This document shows, one piece after another, positions 7,701 to 16,114 of a DNA stretch of 64,000 nucleotides. The position numbers and the translations under genes were made by a program. The DNA is from an uncultured Acidobacteriota bacterium (lineage in GTDB: Bacteria; Acidobacteriota; Vicinamibacteria; Vicinamibacterales; Fen-181): NCBI GenBank assembly GCA_963741715.1, contig CAVUJA010000002.1, positions 753,764 through 817,763 on the forward strand, read 5' to 3'. Within the stretch, counting starts at the first letter, position 1. Each line of letters begins with the position of its first letter. Below the pieces are notes generated by a model. It saw only the letters and a list, made by a program, of their open reading frames with translations. It searched no databases and was not told where the DNA came from.

Positions 7701-10700
7701 CTAGAAGGTGAACTGCACGCTCGCGTGGAGGTAGCGGCCCAGCGAGTCGTACGTCCCGTAGAAGCCCGCGCCGTAGTCGTTCGGGCTCTGTCCGGGCGCC
7801 AGCGGCGGTTCCTTGTCGAACACGTTGTTGATGCCGCCCACGATCTGGATGCCCTTCCGCAGGTTGTACGTCACGCCCATGTCCATGTAGTTGTACGTGG
7901 GGATCTTGTCGATGTTGTTCGCCTTCAGCAACGCGTCCTGCCCCGGGACGAACAGCGCTTCCTGAGTACTCAGGACGTCCTGCGTGACGGGCCCCTGCAG
8001 GCGCCAGCCGACCGACAGGACGAACTTCCAGTTGGTCTCCCACGAGAAGCGCATCATGTGGCGCCAGGTCGGGGTCGGGATGCCGCAGGTGTTCCCGAAG
8101 AGGCCGACGCAGTCGTAGGAATACAGGCCGGTGTCGATGGTCTGCGCCATCAGGTAGGTGCCGATCATGTTCACCGACAAGAGGCCCTTGTCGCCCAAGG
8201 GGTGGCTGTAATTGCCGGTGATGTCCATGCCCCGCGAGCCCAGCTTGCCGACGTTCTGGTTGGTGGTGATCGTGTAGGCGTCGTTCGTCAACCACAACGA
8301 GCCGAACCGGTCGCGGTGAATCAGGCCGCACAGCAACGCGTTGCCGGTGGCCGCGCACTGGTTCTGGATGTCGTTCGCGCCGAGCGACCCGATGGTCTGG
8401 TCGATCTTGATGTCGTAGTAGTCGAGCGTCGTCGAGAAGCCCGCGAGCTTCCTGGGCGTCAGCACGAAGCCGACGGTGTACGTGTCGGCGGTTTCCGGCG
8501 AGAGGTTGGGGTTGCCGCCGCCGAGGGTATTGTACTGGTTGGCCGGGTTGTCAGGGACGTTGCCGTACTGCGCCGCGGAGACACCCTGCAGCGCGCACTG
8601 AGCCCGCGTCGAGACCGGGCTATCGCCGGAGCAGTTGTCCTGGCTGCCGTTGAGGCCGAGGCCCTGCGGCGTGTACAACTCGGTGATGTTGGGCGACCGG
8701 GTCGCACGGTTGTAGCCGAGGCGCAGCTTTACGTCCGGCACCGGCGTCCACGAACCCTGGATCTTGTAGGTCGAGTGGGTGCCCGTGCTGCTGTAGTTCG
8801 ACACGCGGTAGCCGAGTTCGAGGCTGAGGTCCTTGGCGAGCTTCGCGTCCTGCACGAACGGAATCACGCCTTCTGTATAGAACTCCTTGACGTTGTAGCT
8901 GCCCTCGACCGGCAGCGTCGGGCCGCCGGACCCGGCGCCGAGCGCCTGCTGGAAGGGCATGTCGGGGTGGACATACAGATACTCGTCGCGGTACTCGACG
9001 CCGAACGCCGCCTTGATGCCCTCCGTCGCCTTGGGCGACACCCAGCCGTAGTCCTTGAAGTCGGCAGAGACGCGCCCGTTGACCATGGCCGTCCGCGTGC
9101 CCGACATCAGCACCTCGGCCAGGCTCAGGTAGCCCAGGGCGGCTTGCGTGACCCCGCCCTTCTTGAAGATGTTCCACGGCACGCAGCCGGCGTTGCCGGA
9201 CAAGCAGTTTCCATCCGGACCAACGAGCAGCGCATCCTGGATGTTGGCGGCGTTGAGGTCGTTCGCATACTCCTGCGGCGAGTTCACCTGCGCCCACAGG
9301 AAGTACGCGTCGTAGCTCCACACCTTGTTGAGGTCGCCCTTCAGGCCCCACGTCGTGCGCCAGTCGGTGTGACGCAGCTTCGATACGCGGCCGCCGCCTT
9401 CCACGTTGCGCCGGCCAATCAACACGGTCGCGATGTCCGTGGGACCGTAACCTGCGGCCGTGCACAGCAGCTGTCTCTCCTGCGCGCTGAGCAGCGGGTT
9501 GTCGCAGTTCAACAGGCTGCTGTTGTTGAAGTCGCCCGACGGCGCAATCTGCGCGTCGGTGTAGTCGTCCATGAACATGAAGTCGCCGTAGGCCTTCAGC
9601 TTCGAGTTCCAGTCGTAGTTCAGGAAGCCGCCGCCGGCCCACCGCTTGTCGGGGCGCTGCATGAAGTTCGCAGGCGCGTAGTTATAGTTGTCCGAGGACT
9701 GGCGCGGCCGCATGGTGTCGCCGGTAGCCGAGTTCGGATCGAGGACGTAGTCCCCTACCTTCCTGTTCGCGGCGTTGTAGACCTGGAAGCGCCCGTATTG
9801 CCAGGTTCCCGAACCGCCGCACGTCGGGCCGTTCAAGGTCATGCCGCCGAGGACCGAGCAGTTCGTGTAGTCGCGCGCGTCCTTGGTGATCGCCGCGGTG
9901 TAGCGGTAGTCGAGGTAGACCGTCGCGTGGCCCTTGCCGTCGGCGAACTTGCCGCCGAGCGCCACGTTGAAGTCCATCGGCCCGCCGTTCCACATGCTGC
10001 CGGAGGGGTAGGGGAAGCCCGCCTTCTGGTTGATCGACTGCGCCAGCTGGTTGCTGTTGTTGTGCTGGTAGCCGCTGACCTGGACGCCGCCGCGAACGCC
10101 CGTGAAGTCCCTGTCGAGGACGAAGTTGACGACGCCGGCCACGGCGTCCGCGCCGTAAACCGACGACGCGCCGCCCGTCAGGACGTCGACGCGCTTGACG
10201 AGCGCCGAGGGGATGAAGTTCAAGTCGGGCGCGGTCGAGAACGCATCGCCCGAACCCATCCGGCGGCCGTCGAGAAGGACCAGGGTACGGTTGGTGCCGA
10301 GGTAGCGGAGGTCAACGGTCGCCGTGCCAGACGACCCGTTCGACACCGTCGAGTTCTGCGCCGCGAACACCTGCGGCAGGGTGGTCAGCAGGTCCTCGAT
10401 GCGGGTCATGCCCCGGTAGGTCAGCTCTTCCACCTCGAGGGTGGTGACCGGGCTCATGGCCTCCATGTTCGGGCGCGGAATCAGGGTGCCGGTGACCTGG
10501 ACCTGTTCGGACCGTGTGCCAATCTCGAGCTTCGCTTCCAGGACGACCGGCTGGCCGGCGGCCACGATCGCCTGATTCGTCTTGATGCCGAATCCCGAAA
10601 GTTCGAAGGTAACGGTATAGGTGCCGGGGTCCAGTTTGTCGATCGTGTATCTGCCGCTCGAATCCGTCACCGCCGTCCGAGTTGTGGTGCCAGCCTTCGC

Positions 10701-10874
10701 GGTGACCGTCACACCGGGCAGCATCGCACCCGTCGCGTCGCTGACCGAGCCCGTGATGCGCCCGGTACCCTGGGCGGCCGCAACCAGCGGCAGACCAAGC
10801 ACGAGCAACCAAATCAGCAATAACCGCCACGCTAGGGTCCAACGATGAGCCGCTGCCAGACGTTCACGATCCAT
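7701..10874 (-). CDS. TonB-dependent receptor with N-terminal CarboxypepD_reg domain
   Basis: ATG at 10874 is 5 nt after AAGGAGG. Signal peptide ...LLIWLLVLGLPLVAAAQG. Then ITGSVSDATGAMLPGVTVT, a plug region (VDVLTGGASSVYGADAVAGVVNFV) and a long beta-barrel ending ...ASVQFTF. Confidence 0.95.
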   Translation of the reverse strand: MDRERLAAAHRWTLAWRLLLIWLLVLGLPLVAAAQGTGRITGSVSDATGAMLPGVTVTAKAGTTTRTAVTDSSGRYTIDKLDPGTYTVTFELSGFGIKTNQAIVAAGQPVVLEAKLEIGTRSEQVQVTGTLIPRPNMEAMSPVTTLEVEELTYRGMTRIEDLLTTLPQVFAAQNSTVSNGSSGTATVDLRYLGTNRTLVLLDGRRMGSGDAFSTAPDLNFIPSALVKRVDVLTGGASSVYGADAVAGVVNFVLDRDFTGVRGGVQVSGYQHNNSNQLAQSINQKAGFPYPSGSMWNGGPMDFNVALGGKFADGKGHATVYLDYRYTAAITKDARDYTNCSVLGGMTLNGPTCGGSGTWQYGRFQVYNAANRKVGDYVLDPNSATGDTMRPRQSSDNYNYAPANFMQRPDKRWAGGGFLNYDWNSKLKAYGDFMFMDDYTDAQIAPSGDFNNSSLLNCDNPLLSAQERQLLCTAAGYGPTDIATVLIGRRNVEGGGRVSKLRHTDWRTTWGLKGDLNKVWSYDAYFLWAQVNSPQEYANDLNAANIQDALLVGPDGNCLSGNAGCVPWNIFKKGGVTQAALGYLSLAEVLMSGTRTAMVNGRVSADFKDYGWVSPKATEGIKAAFGVEYRDEYLYVHPDMPFQQALGAGSGGPTLPVEGSYNVKEFYTEGVIPFVQDAKLAKDLSLELGYRVSNYSSTGTHSTYKIQGSWTPVPDVKLRLGYNRATRSPNITELYTPQGLGLNGSQDNCSGDSPVSTRAQCALQGVSAAQYGNVPDNPANQYNTLGGGNPNLSPETADTYTVGFVLTPRKLAGFSTTLDYYDIKIDQTIGSLGANDIQNQCAATGNALLCGLIHRDRFGSLWLTNDAYTITTNQNVGKLGSRGMDITGNYSHPLGDKGLLSVNMIGTYLMAQTIDTGLYSYDCVGLFGNTCGIPTPTWRHMMRFSWETNWKFVLSVGWRLQGPVTQDVLSTQEALFVPGQDALLKANNIDKIPTYNYMDMGVTYNLRKGIQIVGGINNVFDKEPPLAPGQSPNDYGAGFYGTYDSLGRYLHASVQFTF

Positions 10875-11165
10875 AGGATCCTCCTTGGAGAGCCGTACCG
10901 GCCCCCATTGCCGCCTACCCGGGTTCGAGGTCGCTAATCGAATATCGCTACGAGACATGCCGATGGCGAATGAAACCGCCGTGATCAGGGCGAACTATAC
11001 GCAAGCGAGAGGCCATAGACGAGCTTTTTCGGCCGAGTAGATACTAACCCCTTTGTCAACAACGTGTTGTCGAATGTCGGCGGGACAGATTGTGGCGCCG
11101 TCCCCGCCAAATATTCATATGCTTGGATCCAGAGGGGTAAACCGATCCAAAGTTGAGGATCGGTT

Positions 11166-11260
11166 GGCCAACTGGGTAACTGGGTAACTGGGTAACTGAG
11201 CAACTCGCCAACTGATCAACTGGCCCCAAACTGGCCAACTCGCCAACTGGTCAACTGAGC
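11166..11260. repeat. Octamer tandem array NNYAACTG x11 (family F1, inverted orientation)
   Basis: GCCAACTG GGTAACTG x3 AGCAACTC GCCAACTG ATCAACTG ... GTCAACTG. This is the reverse complement of the CAGTTGNN array at 11343-11557. Confidence 0.9.
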
Positions 11261-11342
11261 ACCCTGCACGGCTGTTCAGCTGGGCCCAGTTCGCGAATTG
11301 ATTAGTTTGTGCCGTCTCGGGGTCAATTGTCCAGGTTAATCT

Positions 11343-11557
11343 CAGTTGAGCAGTGCCCAGTTGCCCAGGTTGCGCTTCTCCAGTTCTCCAGTTGGCCAAG
11401 TTCTCCAGTTGCCCAGTTGCGCAGTTCTCCAGTTCTCCAGTTCTCCAGTTCTCCAGTTGCGCAGTTCTCCAGTTGCCCAGTTGTTCAGTTCTCCAGTTGC
11501 CCAGTTGCCCAGTTGCCCAGTTATTCAGTTGTCCAGTTGCCCAGTTGCCTAGCTGCC
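11343..11557. repeat. Octamer tandem array CAGTTNNN, about 25 units (family F1)
   Basis: CAGTTGCC/CAGTTCTC/CAGTTGCG units are in phase from 11381 to 11549 and more degenerate from 11343. The array ends at the AEC transporter stop codon (11549-11551). Confidence 0.95.
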
Positions 11558-12463
11558 CTTCATCGCCGCGATGAGCAGCGTAACCGACACCGGGCTGGCG
11601 AGCGTCGAGAACAGCACGCAGGCGGTGACGAAGGACGGCGCGACGTCGAACTCGAGCGCGAGAATCGTGGTGAGCACTGCGCTCGGCATCCCCGACTGCA
11701 CGATGGCCGCCTGGCGCGCCGCGCCGGTCAGGCCCAGGACGTGCGTGGCGCCCACCGCGATGAGCGGCGTCACCACCAGCGTCAGCACGCTCGCCAGCAG
11801 CACGAGCCCCGGGCGGTCGGGCCACCCGCTCCGTTCCAGCTGCATCCCCAGCACGAGGATCATGACGGGCAGCGCCGCGCCGCTGAGCAGTTCGATCGGC
11901 CGCATCACCGGCGTCGGGATCCCGACGCCGAGGCCCAGCACCGCCCCCGCGGCAACGACGCCCCACACGGCCGGCACGCGAAGCACGCCCTTCGCCGCCG
12001 CGCCGAGGCTCCGCCGCCCGGCGGACGCGAGGAACACGCCCAGCGAATAGGTCGCAATCGCGTTGGCGACGAAGTAGACCGCCGCGTGCGCGAGCGCCTC
12101 GCGGCCGAATGCGAACAGGACGACGGGCAGGCCGTAGTTGCCGCTGTTCGAGAACATCACGACCAGCAGGAACCCGCTGAGGGTCGCGCGGTCGAGGCGG
12201 AGCGGCAGCGTCGCCAGGCGAGCGATGAGACCGACCCCGCCGATCACGGCGAACGTCAGCAGCATCATCCGCCCGAAGTCGCCCGCGCTGAGCGACGACG
12301 TGACGATCAGGTGGAAGACGAGGCACGGCGAGAGCGCGTTGAACGAGATTCGCGACACCGTGCGAACGTCTCCCCCGAGCACGCGGGCGATGGCGAAGCC
12401 CACCGCGGCCACGATGAAGATCGGCAGGACGTCGTTGGCGAAGATGGAGAGCAGCAGCGTCAC
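11549..12463 (-). CDS. AEC (auxin efflux carrier) family transporter
   Basis: 304-aa polytopic membrane ORF, MTLLLSIFANDVLPIFIVAAVGFAIARV..., with two homologous halves. GTG start. Confidence 0.85.
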   Translation of the reverse strand: MTLLLSIFANDVLPIFIVAAVGFAIARVLGGDVRTVSRISFNALSPCLVFHLIVTSSLSAGDFGRMMLLTFAVIGGVGLIARLATLPLRLDRATLSGFLLVVMFSNSGNYGLPVVLFAFGREALAHAAVYFVANAIATYSLGVFLASAGRRSLGAAAKGVLRVPAVWGVVAAGAVLGLGVGIPTPVMRPIELLSGAALPVMILVLGMQLERSGWPDRPGLVLLASVLTLVVTPLIAVGATHVLGLTGAARQAAIVQSGMPSAVLTTILALEFDVAPSFVTACVLFSTLASPVSVTLLIAAMKGS

Positions 12464-12481
12464 TGGGAGGGAATGATAGTA

Positions 12482-12649
<168 letters not shown>

Positions 12650-12882
12650 GACGAACGGCCGCGATTCGCAGTCGTGGGGTTGTGGGGCAGAGGGCCTTCA
12701 GGCCCGCCGATCGTCCCTCGACGCAGGCTCGGGGCGACCCTGAGCCTGCCGAAGGGTCGCGAGGCTGAAGCCCCGCGCCACAGCAGGCGCCCGCCGAATC
12801 GTGCACTGGCACCCTGGCCAGCTTCCAGGGCAACCCCGCCGAAACTTCCTTCATCCGTCATGACCCCGGCCTGGAATGATGT

Positions 12883-13359
12883 CTAGCGGCTCGTGAGCAC
12901 GCGCAGCGCCTGGACGAGGACCGCGATGCTGAGGGCGGCGGCGAGCAGCGCCGCGACGGGCCGGCGGCGCGTGAAGCCGCGCAGCCTGATCGAGAAGCGT
13001 ATCGCGATGTAGTACGCGACCGGCGTGAGGAACACGCCCGCGAACAGCGCGGAGACCACGGCGGAGGGCGCGAGGCCGCGCACGGCGAGCGTGACGGCGC
13101 CCGCCAGCGGGATCGCCAGCCCCGCGCAGCCCGCGGACTTCGGCCCGGGCAGGATCGCCTGGGCCGCGGCGAACGCGAGCGACACGAACACCACGGTGAG
13201 CGTCAGCGGTACGGCGGCCGAAGGGGCGCCCTCCGCGGCGGCCGGCGGCAGCACGGCGGCCAGCGCCTGCACGAAGGCCACGCCGCCCGCTGTGGTCGTC
13301 ACCCACGCGACGAACACGGACTCGAGAGGAGGGCGTCCGGGCTCGAGGTCTTGGCCCAC
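12883..13359 (-). CDS. Small hydrophobic membrane protein (4-5 predicted TM), function unknown
   Basis: 158-aa ORF rich in A/L/V/G TM-like segments, with GC3-rich codons. No motif recognised. GTG start is uncertain. Confidence 0.5.
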   Translation of the reverse strand: MGQDLEPGRPPLESVFVAWVTTTAGGVAFVQALAAVLPPAAAEGAPSAAVPLTLTVVFVSLAFAAAQAILPGPKSAGCAGLAIPLAGAVTLAVRGLAPSAVVSALFAGVFLTPVAYYIAIRFSIRLRGFTRRRPVAALLAAALSIAVLVQALRVLTSR

Positions 13360-13400
13360 GCGGAGATTCTATACAAGCGGCGGCCGGAGCCCTAGTCCGA

Positions 13401-13688
13401 GAGCTCGATTGGGTTGACAGTGCTTCGAGCTCGGCCGTGCCGCCCATGGCGGGTGACCGGGCAGGCGGCACCTGGCGCCGGCGGGCCGCCGCGCCCCAGG
13501 ACCCGAGCGCCGGAGGGCGCGAAGTCCGGGGGCGCTCGACCCGAGCGACAGGGCGCGAGCGGGAGTGGTCGGCGAGACCCCGCGCGAAGCGGTCGCGAGC
13601 TTCGTCCGCTCGTCGCAGACGGCCGCCGGCGCCAGCCCGTGCCGGCTGACCGGGCAGGCCCCGCCCGCTCGTCAACACAATCGAGCTC
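13401..13688. other. About 290-nt GC-rich element bounded by 18-nt inverted repeats (structured RNA or MITE-like)
   Basis: GAGCTCGATTGGGTTGAC (13401-13418) pairs with GTCAACACAATCGAGCTC (13671-13688) at 17/18. Internal long-range complementarity also exists, for example GGCACCTGGCGCCGGCGGGCCGCC with GGCGGCCGCCGGCGCCAGCCCGTGCC. There is no credible ORF. Confidence 0.6.
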
Positions 13689-13851
13689 CTGTCTGGGAGG
13701 GTTGCTCCACCCTCGCCAGCTAGCCTTGATGCGTCGTTGGGACTGCGGCTACCGGCCTGCGACTGGCGGCCCAGCGCGGCGCGCACGGCGTCACGCCGTT
13801 CCCGTGTTCCCCCCACGTCTGGTGCAGGCCACCACCTGTTGACCCAACACG

Positions 13852-13879
13852 GCCGCAGGTCGCAAGCCGCAAGGCGCAA
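13852..13879. repeat. Heptamer repeats GCCGCAG/GTCGCAA x4 (family F5)
   Basis: GCCGCAG GTCGCAA GCCGCAA GGCGCAA. Same unit family as 26511-26552. Confidence 0.8.
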
Positions 13880-14026
13880 GCCTGATTCGCGCGTTGAGGC
13901 TAGGACTGTAAAGGCCAGGTAAAGTAGGGGGTTGCACTGAAACGATCGCCGGGGCGGAGTCGTCTTAGTTAGGTGAACGGACGTTCGGTCGCCGCTTCCG
14001 GCCCGCTGCCCGCACGAGGTCTGCTG

Positions 14027-16108
14027 ATGTCGCTCCGCCTCCGCCTCACGCTCGCGTTCTTCGCCATCTCCGTCGTCCCCCTGTCGGCCGTCACGCTGTT
14101 CTCGTACGTGTCGTCCGAACGGGCGCTGCGGCGGGCGGCCGAGCAGCAGTCGGACGCGCTGGCCGACGAGCTCGGACGCCGCATGGAGTTCGTGACCGCC
14201 GACATCGAGCGCCGGATGGACCGCGCGTGGCCGCCTCCCTCGTCGGTGTCCGGTCCGCCGCCGGCCGGCGGCCGCGGGGGACGCCCCGGCCCGCGACCCT
14301 CGCCGCCAGCTTCGGAACAGATGACCGGGTACCTCGCCGGCGTGCTCGGCGACATCGCGCCGATGCTGGACAAGGTTGAATTCCTGCCGCCCCCGCCCGC
14401 ACCGGGCGGCCCGAGCGCGCCGCCACCGCCTCCTCGGCCCGACGCCGCCACTCCGCGGCCGCCCGAGCTTCGGGCCTCCACGTCGGTGATCACGCCTCAG
14501 GCCGCGGCCGAGATGTCCCAGGCGATTTCCGAGGTGGTGAAGAAGTATCAACAGGGAAACGTGAGCGAGGGCCAGGCGGACCTCGCCCAGTGGACGCAGA
14601 AGCTCCAGGAGCAGATCCGGCAGGGACTCTCGCAGTACTCCAGGCCCCAGCCGGCCTCGCCGCGGTCGGGCGCCCCGGCGGCGGCCGCCGCCGGGACCGC
14701 CGTTGGAGTCGGCGCCGCGAACGGCGGGCAGGCGAACCCGCGGACGAGGTCGGTGACGGTCGTGCGCGGCAATGCCATCCACACCGAGGTGCAGCAGAAC
14801 GGACAGCGCGTGGGCGAGATCAACGCGCGCATCAACACGGAACGCCTGTTCCGCGCGGTCCTGTCGATGACGCGGCGCGATCGCCAGGAAATCCCCTTCG
14901 CGGTGGACGCGGACGGCCGCCTGCACGCGCCGAGGACCTCGGACCGCTCGGTGGTCGAATCCCTCAACCTGACGAGCCAGCTGCCGGCCAGCGGCACGGG
15001 CGTTCGGTCGCTGCGGAACTGGGTGATCGCCACCCGAAAGGATCCGTCGGGCGCAACGTTCGGCATCGCCCGCCCGCTCGGTGACGAACTGCGCGACCTG
15101 CGGCGCGTGGCCATCGGGAACTTCGCGGTCGGCTTCGGCCTGATCGCGCTCGTGTTCGTCGCCAGCATCCCGCTCGCCGGCGGCATGACGCGCAACCTGC
15201 GCAAGCTGATGGAGGGCGTCCAGCGGCTGTCCGCGGGCGATTTGTCGGCGCGCGTGGAGCTGAGGTCGCACGACGAATTCGGCCGCCTCGGGACGGCGTT
15301 CAACCAGATGGCGGAGAACGTCGCCGCGCACCAGACGCTGGTGGTCGAGCAGGAGCGCATCCGCCGCGAGCTGGAGCTCTGCCGCCTGATTCAGAACGAG
15401 ATGCTGCCGCACCAGCCGCTGCGCCTGGGCCTCGCCGAGGTGAAGGGCGTCTCGATCCCGGCGCGCGAGGTGGGCGGCGACTTCTTCAACTACTTCGCGC
15501 TGCCCGGAGGCGAGGTGGCGCTGCTCGTCGGCGACGTGTCGGGCAAGGGCGTGGGTGCCGCGCTGCTGATGGCGAACGTTCAGGCGACGCTTCGCGCGCG
15601 CCTGCCGCTCGAGCAGGATCTCGCCCAACTCGCGGACGAGCTCGACCGCGACCTCGAGCGCAACACACCGCTCGAAGTCTACCTGACGCTCTTCGTCGGC
15701 ATCGTCGATACCAAGAAGCGTGAACTTCGATACGTGAATGCCGGCCACAACCCGCAGTTCGTGCTGCGTGCGAGCGGCGGGTTCGAACGGATGGCCTCGA
15801 CGGGCCGCCCCATCGGCCTGCTGGCGGGCGCGGGCTACGAAGAAGTGAAGGTGCCACTCGAGGAGGGCGACATCCTGTTCTTCTATACCGACGGGATGGT
15901 GGAGGCCGAGAACGACCAGGGCGACTTCTTCGGCACGGACCAGCTCGAGGCGGTGCTCGGGTCCAGCCCGCGAACCGGCGTGGACGACGTCCTCGTGAAC
16001 GTCGAAGAACGGGTCCGGACGTTCCGGGGCAGCACCGAGCTCTCGGACGATGCGACGATCATGGCGCTGAGGTTCGGCGAAAACGAAATGGCGCCGACTC
16101 TCGTCTAA
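14027..16108 (+). CDS. Membrane sensor with HAMP domain and PP2C/SpoIIE-type serine phosphatase domain
   Basis: Start MSLRLRLTLAFFAISVVPL (TM1). Pro-rich periplasmic region, TM2, then HAMP (RNLRKLMEGVQRLSAGDLSARV...FGRLGTAFNQMAENV). The SpoIIE domain follows (GGDFFNY, LLVGDVSGKGVGAAL, YVNAGHNP, FFYTDG). Confidence 0.9.
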   Translation: MSLRLRLTLAFFAISVVPLSAVTLFSYVSSERALRRAAEQQSDALADELGRRMEFVTADIERRMDRAWPPPSSVSGPPPAGGRGGRPGPRPSPPASEQMTGYLAGVLGDIAPMLDKVEFLPPPPAPGGPSAPPPPPRPDAATPRPPELRASTSVITPQAAAEMSQAISEVVKKYQQGNVSEGQADLAQWTQKLQEQIRQGLSQYSRPQPASPRSGAPAAAAAGTAVGVGAANGGQANPRTRSVTVVRGNAIHTEVQQNGQRVGEINARINTERLFRAVLSMTRRDRQEIPFAVDADGRLHAPRTSDRSVVESLNLTSQLPASGTGVRSLRNWVIATRKDPSGATFGIARPLGDELRDLRRVAIGNFAVGFGLIALVFVASIPLAGGMTRNLRKLMEGVQRLSAGDLSARVELRSHDEFGRLGTAFNQMAENVAAHQTLVVEQERIRRELELCRLIQNEMLPHQPLRLGLAEVKGVSIPAREVGGDFFNYFALPGGEVALLVGDVSGKGVGAALLMANVQATLRARLPLEQDLAQLADELDRDLERNTPLEVYLTLFVGIVDTKKRELRYVNAGHNPQFVLRASGGFERMASTGRPIGLLAGAGYEEVKVPLEEGDILFFYTDGMVEAENDQGDFFGTDQLEAVLGSSPRTGVDDVLVNVEERVRTFRGSTELSDDATIMALRFGENEMAPTLV

Positions 16109-16114
16109 CTCGGC

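Noticed and set aside
10915-10935. tRNA-like T-loop (GGTTCGAGG).
   Set aside because: Flanking bases do not form a T-stem, and no acceptor or anticodon arms can be drawn. It lies within the 5' UTR of the receptor gene.
10875-11160. Cobalamin or other riboswitch in the long 5' region of the TonB-dependent receptor gene. Also a near-palindrome ACAAC-GT-GTTGT at about 11059-11070 as an operator.
   Set aside because: I could find no B12-box-like or other riboswitch core sequences by eye. The palindrome has only 5-bp arms, which is too weak to call without a genome-wide motif.
11309-11574. ORFs encoding repetitive peptides (PSCPVAQLPSC..., SSSPVLQFSS...) across the octamer array, and similar ones at 54635..55522 and 56399..57172 (N-terminal parts).
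   Set aside because: These are artefacts of stop-free tandem repeats. All three frames are open, periodicity is 8 nt rather than 3, and there is no start context.
13511-13540. RNase P RNA, because of the GAAGTCCGGG string resembling the conserved GGAAAGUCCGGGC (P4) motif.
   Set aside because: The second universal block (ACAGAACCCGGCUUA-like) and other conserved RNase P elements are absent on either strand. The match is short and composition-driven.
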